Shown here: piece by piece, positions 46,904-63,526 of the stretch | Layout: each line of letters starts with the position of its first letter | Numbering within the stretch: position 1 is the stretch's first letter | Assembly (NCBI RefSeq): GCF_009914755.1 | Contig: NC_060927.1 | Strand: one strand, 5' to 3' | Length of the DNA stretch: 64,000 nucleotides | DNA from: the human T2T-CHM13v2.0 reference genome, Homo sapiens | Notes under the pieces: model-generated | What the model saw: the letters and a program-made list of their open reading frames with translations, nothing else | Database searches by the model: none | Told to the model about the DNA's origin: nothing | Translations under genes and position numbers: made by a program

Positions 46904-47091
46904 AGTACCCCCATTTCATGGATGGTGAATTTAAGTTTCAGAGAGTGTAACTGACTTATCCAGATTCACACAGAAAATGACAAGACCAGGGACTAAACCA
47001 AGTTATATTGAAGTGCAAAGTCTATGTAAATTTACTATCAAATCTGTACCTCACTATAAAATGCACTTAATCCTATCAAAATCAACTCATT

Positions 47092-47398
<307 letters not shown>

Positions 47399-48954
47399 TT
47401 ATAGCTAATAATTCCCAAAACATATATCTTTTTAGAAAAATGAATGAAATGAAAAGTAGTATATTACTTATATGTCTCCTATTTTAAAAGAAATAATACA
47501 CATTATCAAGTATTTTAAGTAATTCTATCAATAAACATTTATTAATCATCTGATACGTTCAAGATACTATATTGGAAACACAAAGTTAGAAAAGAAAAGC
47601 AAGATAAAGCAATATTGTTTAGCCAGTACTGTACTTCTCTAATACATGTGTTCACTTATTCACTGGTGAAACATTGAGCATTATTTATGTGTGGTGCACT
47701 ATACCAGATCCATTAGAAGATAAATGAAAACAATTGTCCTTTTAATATAGTAGAGACATGAAAAATGTACACAAACATATTACACAGCTAAACATGACAT
47801 GCCAAGAGATATAGAGAAAACAAAATTTGAAAATTGAGGAGAATTTCCTTTCCTATCATGGTAAAGACATCCTGGATGGGATAGAATGTAATTTGCATTT
47901 GACAATATGGCTGGGATTTTGGCAATTAAATCAGGACATAAGGAAATATTTTGGCCTAAAGGTATCTCACATGCAAAATTAGATAACAAAATAGTAAGAA
48001 CCCCATAATTACTCTGTAGCAATGCTAAATCTGAAAGAACATAGCAGTGGGACGTATGCACTCTGAATCTGTTGACACAGTTATTCATTATTTACAGTTG
48101 CCTTTTTGATGCCTGTACCAAGAAAAGCCTTCCTTATGTATTTGAACATCTTATGCTACTCTCAAAGTTTATTCATGATGTGAAAAATGCCTTAAGCATT
48201 TCTTGGCATTTTGCTAGAAGCGTGATAGGATAACATTTCATCCTATTCCCAAGAATGTAGAACTCTGCTTTTATTTCAGCCCTGTTGCTAATTCATTGCA
48301 CTGAGCAAATAACTAACTTCTCTGCATTTCTATTGTCTCAGAATTAAAATCATAGTTAGGATCAAGGCCTTGTGAAAATCAGAAGGCAGACAGGCAGAAT
48401 TTTGCAAACCACACTTCTGGAGAATGGTGAGAGATATCAGAGTGCCCAGGAACTAGAGAACAGTGTTGTGAAACTTCTGAATCCAGAGAGAGTCAGATAG
48501 ACCTAGGGACACAGAAAGTCAAAGCAAAGACCCTCCAAATGTCTATAAGCATTTGGCTCCTCAATTTCCTCCTCTGCAAAATGGTCATAATCACTTGCAC
48601 CTCTCTGGGAAGGGTACTGTACCAGTTGCCAATAAATTATATTTGCAACTGCATTAAAATTTAAGACTTTTATTCTTACCTCTGACTTTTCCCCAGCATT
48701 AATTAAGCTCTATGGATCTTTAAAAATCAGGGCTTTGGGCTAAAAGACCAGGATTTTATTTTTTGTTTTTTTACCATATTACCTTTCATGTTGCTTTCAG
48801 TGAATCACTTGCTTGATCCCTTTTGAATCATTTTTCTCACTAGACACTCTTGAAACAGAAAAGGCACAAAAAGTGCAATCCTTTAAATAGTAAGAGATTT
48901 CTTCAAAAGTTGAAAGAGCAAAAGCAGGAACATACTCAAAACAAAATTGAAGTG

Positions 48955-49279
48955 GTTTTTGTTTTCTTTTGTTGTTTTTGTTATTGTTGTTTGTTTTTGT
49001 TTTTGAGACAGAGTCTTGCTCTTTCACCCAGGCTGGAGTGCAGTGTTGCGATCTTGGCTCACAGCAACCTCTGCCTCCCAGGTTCAAGCAATTCTTCTGC
49101 CTCACCCTCAGCTGGGATTACAGGTGTGCACCATCACGCCCGGTAATTTCTGTATTTTTAGTAGAGACAGGTTTTCACTATGTTGGCCAAGCTGGTTCTC
49201 AAACTCCTGACCTCAAGTGATCTGCCCACCTCGGCCTCCCAAAGTGCTGGGATTACAGGTGTAAGCCAAGCGCCCGGTC
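48955..49279 (-). mobile_element. Alu (AluS-like) with GTT-type tail, TSD caaaattgaagt
   Basis: Direct read. Confidence 0.95.
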
Positions 49280-49467
49280 CAAAATTGAAGTTTTGTGCAA
49301 GATGATAATTTTGGGGAAAACAGTTTATAGCATTATGCAGATATCTTCACTTTGCTCAGAAAATGTCATTGGCCCGGAGACCTCAGGAAAGCTATTTAAC
49401 GCCTCTGAAACTTAGTTTGCTCAGAAAGGAACTATTAAAACGTAAACACATTTTTGCCATTTAGGTG

Positions 49468-49980
49468 TGTTGTAGGCAGAATAATGGTCCCCCAAGGATG
49501 TTCATATGCTAATTCCCAAAAGTTATGAATATGTCAGAGTATATTGCAAAGGGGAACTAAAGGTTGCAGATGGAATAAAGGTTGCTAATCAGCTGGCATT
49601 AAGAAGATGAGAGTAGGCTGGATTACGCAGGTGGATAATAACCCAATGTAATAAGGGTTCTTCAAAGCGGAAGAGGTAAGCGAAAGAGAAAGTCAGAGTG
49701 ACGTGATGTGAGGAGGGCTTGACCTGCTCTTGCTGATTTTGAGGATGGAAAAGAAGGGTCACAGGCCAAGGAATAAAGGCAGCTTCTAGAGGCTGAAAAA
49801 GGCAAGGAAATTGATTCTCTTCTGGAGCCCACAGAAAGGACCACAGTCCTTCTGACACCATTGTTTGGCTGAGTGAGACCATGTCAGATTTCTGACCTAC
49901 GGAACTGTAAGATAAGTTTGTGTTGTTTGGGGACCACTAAGTTTATGGTAATTTGTTATAGCAGCTATAGAAAACACATA
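49468..49980 (+). mobile_element. MaLR LTR (MLT1D-like)
   Basis: tgtaggcagaataatggtccccc...ttgcagatggaataaagg...gattttctgacc...ttgttatagcagc. Confidence 0.85.
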
Positions 49981-50834
49981 GAATAAGTAATTATTTAGCA
50001 AATAATACTTCGGAATTATTTAAACCTTTTGAAAAGAATTCTAATCTCAGATATTCCAGTGGTAAAGTATGTGCAACTATAAAAATTTCATCTCAAACTA
50101 CTTACTATTCTTCACTTACCTGTTTTTAAATGGTGACTTTAGGGATACAACATCAATTTGAGATAACTAGAGATGAGTTGGTATTATTTTAAACTAAAAT
50201 TAGTGATCATAATTGATTCACTCATGCAAAGACTAAAACATTGGCCTTTATAAAATAAACATAATTCATCATACAGAGGTTAGGTATTTGGCAATTAACA
50301 AGCCTTGCCTCTCACCCGCCTTTCATCACAGCATGCAAACTAACTAACCACTGAGAGGACCTTCCCTGTATAAGCACTAATATGTCAGGAAAACATTTAT
50401 GGCTTTATCCACTAAAGTAGCTAAAATATAAATTGTTTAGGCAACGCTTTGAGAAAATAGAAACTCGGGACCGTAGAAATACAAATCATAAGGCAGCCTT
50501 CAGATTTTACTGCACTTGGCACACTGCATTTTCCTGAAAGTTATGTATTATTTTTACCTTAGGCAAGCTAATAATGAATTGCTCTGTTCTAAGGAACTTC
50601 TGCACTTCAGCTTTAAAGAGCATGTCATTAAAAATATATATTCCAAATGCTTAAGCATTATGAATAAAGAAGGATGGTCACACTGGCAAGTGTGTGCTGT
50701 CCTTGGTAACAACATAAAGAATATTGCTGGTTTTTAAGTGTACAGCATCTATAAGTTCTATATTTACATTGCTCAGGGCTTCCTCAACCTTTGAGTTCTA
50801 TAGATAGCAAAGTACATGAAAAAAGCCCAGCCCA

Positions 50835-50995
50835 CAATGTGCTGGAGCCAGCCTCAACAGTTCATGAGAGCTGATTGTTAAATTTTCAGAAATCCCATGA
50901 GCTAGCTGATGTCATACTGGTAGCTTGAAATCAGCCAACACTAGAAGTCAGGTTAGGTTGGCTTATTTTTCCTGGAGAATCAACTGTTCAGCATT
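50835..50995. mobile_element. MER63-like hAT DNA transposon remnant
   Basis: tgtgctggagccagc...gagagctgattgttaaattttcag. Confidence 0.6.
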
Positions 50996-51276
50996 TGCAC
51001 TTTACAAAGGCAATTTACAGTCCAGGAAGTGAAACCAGGGCCATCATCTAAAGCATATACAATCTATGGGACTTCTTACCTTAGTTAAAGTAGACTTGCA
51101 TATTTGTAGCTTTTCAGACAGATGGCTATAATTTTCTTATTCTTATAGAATTGGTATGCTAAAGGAACCTTCCAACAGATGAAAGTCAAGTATCTTGAGG
51201 AAGAAGTGCCTTTTTCTACTTCACACAATGGCAATATGTGTGCTAATGCTAACCTGAGGGGTTAACCTAAGTCAGT

Positions 51277-51631
51277 GCTAGAGACTGAATGTTTATGTCC
51301 CCTAAATTCATGTGAAACCTAATTCCTAAAGAGGCAATATTATAAGGTGGCACCTTTGGGAGGTGATTACATCAAGAGAGTGGAACCTCCATGTTTGAGA
51401 TTAGTGTCCTAGTAAAAGAGACCCCAGAGAGATCCCTGGCCCTTTCTGCCATATGGGGAAACAGTGAAAAGACAGCCATCCATGAATCAGGATGAAGGCC
51501 CTCACCAGACACTGAATCTACTGGTGCTGTGATCTTGGACTTTCCAGCCTCCAGAACTGTGAGAAATTTCTGTTGTTTCTAAGCTACTTAATCTACAATT
51601 TTCTATAGTAGTAGCCTGAACTGACTTAAGA
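51277..51631 (+). mobile_element. MaLR LTR (MLT1A-like)
   Basis: gactgaatgtttatgtccc...cctcaccagacactgaatct...cttggactttccagcctccagaactgtgag. Confidence 0.88.
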
Positions 51632-53849
51632 TTATCAGAATAAATAGAATATGATATAGGATTCAATAATGATCAAAGTGATGGAGGAATCAAATGAAGA
51701 AATTACATTTACCTATGAATATTTGCAAAGTCTTTAGTAAAATGTGTCATTGAGGTAGGTTTTAAAGATGGAGAGATTTTTTTTTTCCCCAAGAGTGAAT
51801 GGTAGGATGGGAATTCCAAGAGAAGAATACAACCTGAATCAACATTCGTAATTGGGACAGTTCTTCGAGTCAGTTGGGTTATCTCAAACTAACCAGACAA
51901 AAGAGTTATTTTTCAAGGTAGTTCAGAGCCAAACTGGGGGCATCTAGAATTCAAACTAAGAAGTTTTAATTTTGGAAGTGCATTTGAAATTTTAAAGCCA
52001 TATTTTCTGCCAAAAAGAGGATTGTGCTAACATGAAAATAGAGACCTGGTAGACAACACAAAAGCAGACTTCATGTCTGTTTTTTACCATTGAAACTTCA
52101 GGGCTTGTTACAGCACCAGGCATATTTTAGCACTCTTTCTTTTTTTCTGTTTGGGAACTAAAAGGTGAGTTTATGCTATTGTCCTTAATTATTCTACCAC
52201 AAAACACACCTGTTGAAATATCTTCAGCATATCCAACTAAGCCAACCCCCGAACCATCTCTTGAGTCATTTTATAAAACGATGTTTGTATCCTTTCCTCT
52301 GGTAAAACATCTTGCCAGATTAAAATGCTAAGAAACAAAATTAATGATAAGAAGAACATAATTAGAAAAATTGTTGACAAAAGGCTAGAACACGAGAAAC
52401 TTGCTTAATTGTATGATTCTCATTCTGTCACGGAGCTGTGAATCAGCAGCAGCAAATGGTACTCAAAGTGAGATCAAGGCAGAAAAGAAACTGTAGTTGA
52501 ATGAAATGAGATACTTTAGTGAAGAGGCCCATTTTATTTCAGCCTCAAGATTGCCTGTTCCTGAATAGAAAGGGTGCTACACTGGCACCCTTCCCTCTTC
52601 TGGGAATCCTGGCAAATCAATGACAGGACAAGTATGGTGGGGCAGTAAGGTAACTGGCTTGAATCTCTACCTGATGAGGGCTCAAGCACTAGAGGGAACA
52701 GATCAAGAGCACTAACTGTGAGGTCCGTATATATAAAACAATAAACAGAGATGGTAGAGAAAGTGTCACAGTAAATGTCAAACAGTCTGTCTTAACTCGC
52801 ATCATCATGTAGAGACAAATTCCAGGCCCTCTTAAGCTTCTCTCAAATATTTCTGAGAGTCCTACATGGCCCACACGTAAGTCCCATATACAACCAGGTT
52901 TAGGACCCTTGACTGCTAAAGAATTCCCTGCTCCCCAGCTCCAGTCTTCTACAAAGATTTCCTCTGTTAATGCCAATTCCTAATGCAGCAGCTATGCTCC
53001 AGTGTCCACAAAGGGGGCTACTGCTGCCAATCCACACCAAAGGGACAGCCACAGCTACCTACCCCTAGTAACATATCTCTGAGCATGCTGATGCCAGACA
53101 TTGATGGCATTGTCATCTGACCCAAGGGCACTATCTCTTGTTACTGCCAAAGATTGCAGCATAGAATCTTTCCATTGCATCAACTACTAGATGATTGAAA
53201 GCTCATGTTCCCACATCTGACAGATTTTTATGGGGGGAGGGGAACATATCTCTGTCTATCATGTTTATTTGCCTGTTTGCTGACTTCTTCACGTGGGACT
53301 CAAATTTGAACTTATGGTGGCATTCCAAGTGACAGATAATGCAGTGAGCTTAGAATCTTTTCCTTCCCAAACCAAACTTTTGAATTTCAACTCACTTCCC
53401 TTAGGTTAAATTATCTCCTATGAGGCTCCTCACTTCATTCTAAAATTCCTATTGAGATGCCTCAGCCCCTAGACAGGGCTGATACTCAGCTGGTATGTGC
53501 CTAGGTAAGTGTGCCATCCATCCACAGCTGGCACCCATTCTGATTGACTGGTGTTAAATATTCTGGCTAGTCCCTTATCTCCAGGCCTACCTCAGCCCTA
53601 GGGTAAACACAGTGGAGGCTCACAGAACGGTACTTTTAAAAATATCAAAGGAAAATGTTTTCCATGCCTTAGTTTCTTAATAGTGGGAAAAATATAAGAT
53701 TGCTACATCATATTAAAGGTATTGACTGTTATTTGAGGAGATGTCAGTGCTTCTCACTTACAGATGAATACACTGCAGCGTAGTACAGAATATGACAAAA
53801 CAGATTCCTTCTGATACTGAAGCATAACCTAAAGGTCCCAAAGTGGTTT

Positions 53850-54312
53850 GTCAGGTAAAAAACTACTAATTGTGTCTCAGCATCCATTCTCTTCTTTTTT
53901 TCTTCATCACAGAATTCCCCAGTTTTATCTGAGCACATAGCCAACCTGGCTAGAGACTACATTTTCCAGCCAGGAGTGGACATGTGATTAGAATATGAGA
54001 TGAAGCTATATATACTACCTGGGTCACATCATTTAGAAATGAAGTTGCCGGAACTGCAAGGTGCAGTCTGGACTTGACAAATGTGGGGCTGATGAGGCAG
54101 CCTCAAGCTGGGATGGTAAAGTAACAGGATAGAAAAAACCTGGGTCACTGGTCACTCTCACTGTTGACGTATTCTGGACTGTTGAGAGAGAAACAAACTC
54201 CTATCTTGTATGAGTTTGACTTGTTAACTTTGAGTTTTTTTGTTTTTGTTTTTTTGATGGAGAAGGAATGTCTCTTTGTTACAGCAACTTAGTCTGTGTG
54301 CTGACAAATGCA
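53850..54312 (+). mobile_element. Old MaLR LTR (MLT1I/J-like)
   Basis: gactacattttccagcc ... ctctttgttacagcaactta; subfamily uncertain. Confidence 0.55.
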
Positions 54313-54744
54313 AACAACTATCAGTCTCTGGAAGAAATAAACAAATGTTTGAATATGTGTATAGGAGTGACCAGAGAAATGCATGATAGAACACCAGGGA
54401 CTGTGTAGTCAACATGGAAATAATATCTATTGGGAAGAAAAACTGTAGGCCTAAACTTTAGATTTAGATGCTAAAAGCTACATGACAGTCTGGAAATCTA
54501 CCCCATTCGGGGTTTAAAGACAAAATAGAATTATGTTAAAGTCATTTCTTAATGATGTCCTCTATAGCCACTTCTCTCATATGACCTTCCAGCCAATCAT
54601 AGGAAAATGAATGAATGAGTTAAATGTTTAAAGTTGTTGGATTTGTTGGGGGCAATTAATACTGGCTACTAAAACACACACTCCCAAAATTTAAAAACAA
54701 AATAAAAGTTTTGTTCTCCCTCACACAAAGTCCTATGTAACTAG

Positions 54745-55090
<346 letters not shown>

Positions 55091-58000
55091 CCTTCTAGTA
55101 TTTTTACTTACCAACTTGAAATTATTTTCTTCCCAACACGTCACTGGAGGGGGGCGGTAGAGAGGGAGCCTGGGGAAGACACGGAGCACATTGAGCCTGG
55201 ACCTAGAAGCGAGGGCCCAAATTTTCACATGCACTTCATTGATCAGAATTAGTCACATTCAAGACTGGGAAAGGTAGGGAGTTCATAAATATTCATATAT
55301 GTTCTGTCTCTTCCACAGCAGTTATTTTGACTGCTCTAAAAAGCAACATCCTTAAACATTGGTTGTAATTTATTGTCCTTCTAACTGCTGCTCTCTGCAC
55401 TTCTGCACTGCAGTTCTGTAACTGCTGCTCTCTGCGGTTAAGTACGCCCTTAAGTGTAGTGTCTAACATATGCCAGAGTTAGGAAGGATCCAGAACAGTC
55501 CTCATTCTGCAATGTTAGTCCTAATTTTATGGGAATTAAGAGATTAAAATTTATTTTCTCATTTCATTTGAGATCCTTGGTGAAATGCTGAAATTGCATT
55601 CTTAGTTCCAACGCAGAGTTTAGTTGGCCTTATCAAGATATAGCTATAAACTGTTGTGTGATGGGCCAGGAGATGGATGTGTGCACTCACTCAGGCTGTG
55701 TCCTTAACTGGCTGAGCAGATTTGGGAGAGTCACCCTCTCTGGACTCCATGTCCTCATCTGGGAGCCAATAAGCAAGCAAAACACTGAAACTGGAGAGGA
55801 TGGTGTGGAACTAGGTGATTACTGAGGTGTCTGTTCCACTTAATATTCAGTGGATCTCTAATTTAAAATTTTATGTCTTAGAAACCAGGGCTTTTGAAGA
55901 GCTTCCTAGACCTTGTGCATTTTCACTTTTAGATGCTCTATTCCTATTTCATACTAAACATTGAAATGTACACAGATCCCACATGAAATATGGTTTATGT
56001 ATAACTATACAAAAGTTTTCATATGTTGGAGGCAATAACCTTTTCAAGTCTAAACTTTTTTACTGATGTTAACACTGTGCCTAGAGGGCTTAATGATACA
56101 TTGATCCTCCAAAGAACCATTCTCCAGATTCTCACAAAATGGGTTTCAGTACAGCTCAGTGTGTTCCACAGTGCAGAACTCCTACAAAATGGAACAGATG
56201 TTAAAACACTTTATCCCTAAGAAACAGTGACCACACAAGTCACTACCCTCACTTGGGAAAACAAGAGAGGCTAGAACAAGTATTGGCAGAAAGGCCAACC
56301 TAATGTGACAAATAGACCCAAAGCTATTTGAGCAATGTGGGCCCACAGCCTGATGGCTTGTACACACTCTCAGAACATGACTGTGGAGAAACTGGGTGTA
56401 TTTAAAACAGTTTAAAGATTTGCAAGGAAATTTTATATTGTGTGGGAACATTATTTACAGTAGTTGAGCTGCAAGAAAATGGGGAACAGATACCGTAAAA
56501 ATTAAAAATTACACGGGTTATTAGCCTAAATGGTCTCTGACCTGAACAAATTCAGCAGGCTGAATGCTTTCTACCAAAGATTAGGCAGCTTGCTCAATCA
56601 ATATGCCACGCTACCCTTCCCGGAGAGAATTGTTGCTAATGTGTAGATTGGCTGTATTACCCAGAAGGGCAATCCAGCTGGAGACATTGCTGAGGGACCT
56701 GTGAAAAGAGCAACACTTCTTCAAAAGGACTTTCTCTCCAGGGACCTTCTGCCTCTGAGCTGAGAGCAGGAAAATCATGGCCTGTAAAGCTGCCTCAGCC
56801 TAGCCATGCAAGTACCCGCTTACACTCTTCCCTTCCTAGGATTCTATCTCTTCCCTGATGAGTCATCTTGGGGGTCAGTGCAGATAATCTGAACTGATGA
56901 AGACTTTGACAATCCAAGAAATTCTTGTTAATAGGCTTAGTGACATGCAATGTCAAAATAAGATCACATTTGTGGCCATGCAGTCTTCCAAAATGTCTAT
57001 CAACACTGGTTAATCTGGTGGCTAATAGGCTTATGTATCACTTAGGTCTTCAAAAGGAAGATAGAGACTGCTTCTTTCTTGACACTAATAAAACTGGGTA
57101 TTTGTGCAATAAGTGCCTGCAAGATACCAGCTTTATTAAGAAATATAAAACAGACATAATAATCCCTTTGTTTGTTTGAATGCCTGTGACTTATGAACCT
57201 TGAAGAACAAACTTAGAATTACTTGACATTCCCAGCTTTGAACATTGAGATGACTTTTTTTTTTTAATTCTAAGATCATAAATAAACTTGTCATATAAGG
57301 CCAGTATTAAAATTTAGTGAAAAATATTTAAAAACCATGGCTTATTCTGAAATCAACTGAATTTGGCAAGTATCTCACTAATTACAAACCTTTTGTAATT
57401 TGGAGTTAGGCCAAGCCATTAAGATAGTCTATACAAAACAGTCCAGGCTAATAATGGAGTAACCCAAAAATTAAGATGAACCCAAAAAGAGGAGACCAGC
57501 TGCCTAACCCGGAAGTTAATAAAAACTGAAATCAAATGGTAAGAATAGCCAGTGGAATGGTCGAAGCACGTCAAGATGACTATTTACAGACAAAGAAGGA
57601 ACCCTGCAAAAAAGGGAAAGAATTCAAGTTTCCTGAGCTAATGAAGTCTATTTCAAACAATTCAAGTATAAATCATAGAAAATCTCATTTAAAACCAACA
57701 TTTAACTTTAATTTGATGGAGGTAGGTAAAAGTAGAAAATCTATGCCCCATTTGTAAGCATACATGGAAAAATTGACAATTAAGAATGTAAATAATCATT
57801 TATTATTTTTTTTTTACTAACAACTTCAAAAGGAAAGAAAAGAGAATTGGAAGTAAGGAGATCAGTCCTGAAAAAAACCATGACCTTGAGCAAGTTATTC
57901 ATCTTCACATGCTTCCATTTCTCATCTAAGTTGAGGGACTTGGACTAGATGATGTTTATAATCTGTTCCAGCTCCAACATTGTTTTTCATGAAAACACTT

Positions 58001-59419
58001 TTGAAGTCTCAGCATGACTAAATAAAGGGAGTGATACGTTACTGTGAAGAATAAGAACAAGAGCCTGAGGGGAGCACATGCTTGCCTTATTTCTTACCAT
58101 TGAATTAGGTCCATCATGCCTAAATTCAATGCTCTCTCCTAATTTCCGTAACAGGGCATTGTTACTTGTGCCTGCTAAACAACATGGCTGCCTTCAGGAT
58201 ATTGTACAAACTCCCCTACTCATTTTTCAATGTGCTCTGCTTTGAGGTGTATTTTTCATGGGATACCCACAACAAAAATATTTACCTTTGCCTTATCACA
58301 ATAATCATGGTTTATTTTTTTTCTCCATCGGGACCAGTTCTAAGGCATTTAATGAAGTGGGTCCTTGGAGCCTTCCCTCTTTGCCCATAGCTTTGATAGC
58401 ATCCTTTCCTCAAGTTCCCTACCTTTGGCTTCCCCAGCCCTCACATCCAGGAACCTACCTGTGGGGGCAGTTCTCCACATACAGAAGCACAGGCTTCCCA
58501 AGGGAGGAAAAGACAAGCTTTTCAAGGGCAGACACCCACACTGATCGCAATGCCTGGCACAGGATAGGAGCTTAATAAATACTAAGTAAACGATTCAAAG
58601 CATTTTGGACCTAACAACTCTGATCTCATATTTTCTCAAGACTATTCACTTATCTAATAAACAGCCCCACCCCTCGAGAGCCATTGGATGCTCATATGTT
58701 CATGTCACAGTCTCCTAGGTCAGAGGAAAGCATTTGAAAAGGAACTGCTGAGACCAAATGCTTTTACTCTAAATTCCAGGACTCAGAATAGGAAGTGGAA
58801 GAGCAATTCAGAATTCTTCAGGTTTTATAATATATATTGTCCATACTGCAACCTCATCCTTCAGTGACTTATCTTTAAAAATTACAGTATGAAGATATAA
58901 AATTTTCACTTATTTAAAGTCACTAGTATGGGCAATTTTAAGACTTAATGGACAGAATGAAGAAGAATGGAAAAAGGAGCAGAAGAAAAGGGAAGTCCTT
59001 GTTTTGAGCTCTGCTAAATTACAGATACACTTCTGGGTACTTACCTAGGGTGTCTCATTTAAGCCTCGAGCTATTAGATCTTCCCTTTACAAAGAAAACG
59101 AGGTTTGCTGAAGTTGGTTTGCTCAAACACGATTACTTAGCTGGAAAAATAGCAGAGCGAGGACTGAAATCTAGCTCTTTTGTTGTTGTTGCTATTTATC
59201 TCTTTCAAAAAAGCTTTTCCATTTGTGCTTGACTCAGGTATAACATAGCAATCAAAGGAATCACAGTAAATCTGTATTCCCACAGCTCATGAAGCATTCA
59301 GTTTCTCTCCACTAGACCTTGTACTACCCTGTCCCTTCAGGGCCTAACTCAACATTCCCAAGAAATTTCTACTTCTTATTCACCTTACTTTACACTATTG
59401 TTTGACAATAATATGCAAC

Positions 59420-60140
<721 letters not shown>

Positions 60141-63100
60141 GCCATCATTTAGTAAACACTAAGACATGGGGCAAAAGCAAATAGCTGCAAATTACATAAC
60201 ACAAAATTATTCAGAAAAATAAAAAATTCAGAAGGCAAAAGTAATACAATATTTGATCGATATTTACTCTACTCTGATCACTACTGTATTTAGAAAATGA
60301 GGCCATCAGACATAAGCAAGTATTTTAATTACATGAATTGCTTACAATATAAAAGCTTTTAGTCTGATAAGTGATTTTAATGCTTCCTAGAACTGTATTT
60401 TCCAAGATTCAAGCATATGATATTGACAAATGTATTTTTAATTCACAGAGGAAATTGATATTGCTCAGAAACCGAAAGATGTTTAACTAATACAACTCAG
60501 TCATAAATTTCAGCTCAGTGCAGGCAGGTCGTGATTTTGGTGATCCAAGGAGTGAACAGTGACAGGCTTCCTAGATACCTTTTCTTAGAACCTTCAGCAC
60601 TAGCCTCCAACAGCCCAATCCTGGTCATGCTTTCATATGCATTTCTAGTTTGCTTTAAAAAAGCACAAAGGGAATAGAATTCAAACAGTGTGGAAAATAA
60701 GATTGTGTTTTACTCAACCCAATTCAATTCGTTGGCAAATATTGAACTTCATTTGTGAGTTACACAGAAAATTGCCAGAGAGTTGAGATAACTGTGTTTC
60801 CACTGTGTATCACATAAGGTTAGTTGGCACCAAGAAAAGAAAAAGAGAACACGATCGTAGCTTATATAGATCAGCACATTCTGTAGGTATTTTTCATCAG
60901 TCATCAAACACCATATTTTTTCTGGCCCCAGCTCATTGGAATACATTATTCAAGAAACTATTTAAAAATTAACTGAGCAACTATTAAATTTTTATTTGTT
61001 CAACAAATACTTATTTTGCTTCTAGTGTGGGCCAGGCACTGTCCTAGGACACCATGGTAAACAGAACTGATATAATTTCTGCCCTCATAAAAACTACCCT
61101 TGAGCTCTTGTGTTTGGTACAAAGGGAGTGCTTATAAAATGTAATATTCCAACAAGAACTTTATGGTGTATTGTAACAGCCAGCCCTACATGGATCTCTC
61201 AATTGACAGTATAATATACAACACAGGATTAATGACCCAATAGTGACATTAATAATTATATCTTAGTTAAGTAAAGAAGATTATTGTTTGAAACAGACTC
61301 CTGTTGCTTTCCTGCCTGGAACCCCCTTCTTCTAGGAAGTGGCCCATTCCCCATTCGACATCCATAACTAAAGCAGAGGCAGCTATGTTTCAATGTGACC
61401 CTGCCCCCAAGACTATACACATCACCTACAATCATTGCTGATGTAACATGGATTGTGATAACTGCTAAGATTGAAGTGAAACTCAGAAGCAGCTAAAGTT
61501 TTCCTGTCCCTTGAAATCTAGAGAAGATTGACATAAATCCCTTTTTTTTTCCTTGACTAATGAGCACCTGCAGCCTTGACTTTCTGCTCTGTCAACTTCT
61601 TATTTTTAACTCTATGCCTTTTTAGTGTATATTTATTTCCACTACTTTTAAACCAAATATGCCTCTCCAAAATAAATAAAATAACTACATTTTCATGAGG
61701 CTTTTGAATGTGCGGCATACTTCACTGAAAGCTTTAGAAATACAGATGGGATGCACAATATAAGGATACAAATGCCCTGAAATTAAGTATTGACATCCCT
61801 GTTGTAAGTCTTTAAGCTGCTCTGCCGTGTTAGTCAACTATTTTTGCCCAGTCTCCTCTACCCGCTAATTTCTATTCATTTCTCATTCACAATCATTGGA
61901 CCATTTATTTTGTTGCCGGAACTTTTGCTAATATGTTACTTATTTTGGGGATTATGAAGACCTTTTCCCAAACAAAGGTGATTTCTTTCCTAAGAATAAT
62001 TCTGTTACCTGGTAATGAGATTTTTTTTTTTACTCCACTACAGACTATTTATCAAGTACTTTAGGAAAATATGAAAAGGAAACAGTCATGTTGAGAAGGT
62101 TTAAGTGAGGAAGCAACAGTTAATTGGGTTTTCAAGGATTAACAAGCTTCTTCAGGCTCATTCAAAAATGAGATCAGGGGTGTGCTGAGTGGAACACATA
62201 ACATAAGAAAGCATAGAGCAATGTAAGAATACAGAGCAGGGGCCAGGAGCCTTAAGTGATAGTCCAGGCATCTCCCAAGTAGAACTCCAGGACAAATTGA
62301 AAAGGTGCTTTGTAGTGAGAGAGGGAGAGCTCTATAAAATGGTCTTGAAAGAAACATAGATGAATGCATAGAAGTACAGCTTTATTATGGATCCCCAAAA
62401 GTTTTTGCTCATCATGAAATGAAGAATCTTTGTTTCAAGATATCAGCTTTAGAACTTTGTATCGATTCAATGACACACGTTAGATACTTAGTATGTGATA
62501 GGCACACTGTTAAGAATTGGTGATACAAGATAAATAAATGCTCTGAAAGCTAATGTACTGGGAAGAATCTAGTGCAAAACTTCCTACCCAGGGTACTAGG
62601 AAGGATATAACACCTGTATCTGTAAATGCTTCAAGATATTGATCTCTTCAGTCTTTGGGACAACTAGGAGGAAACTGGAGTAGCCAGAATCTATATCTGT
62701 TTCCAGCCACAAGCACACCTTCTCGTTGACATCAATGTGCAATGCAAACATCTCATGCTGTGGATGCGGTTAAGAAGCACTGGCAGAGAATTATGTTGCC
62801 ATTGCGCAAGTCCAGATGAGCTGAATGAGGCTGCAGCTGTGGTGATGGCAAAGCACACATGGACTTGGGAGCTACTTATGAGGCAGAATCAACAGATGTT
62901 GCTAATTGAGTTCTTGTGGGAGGTAAGGATGAAGGAGAGGACAATGGATTCAGCACGAGAGGTATTTAGAAGGAGGGGTTTCTACAATATGCCATCCATC
63001 AGGGAGGAGTAGAGAAAAGTTTGGAGAATTTAAAATGGTTGAACCTGGTTCCTGGGGGAGAGATTTTATAGCCCAGAACTGGTGAGAAGTTCTGAATTGC

Positions 63101-63149
63101 AATCATTTGTTTTCTTTAAACTTTTCCCTTGAACCTCCCTAAAATATGA

Positions 63150-63526
<377 letters not shown>

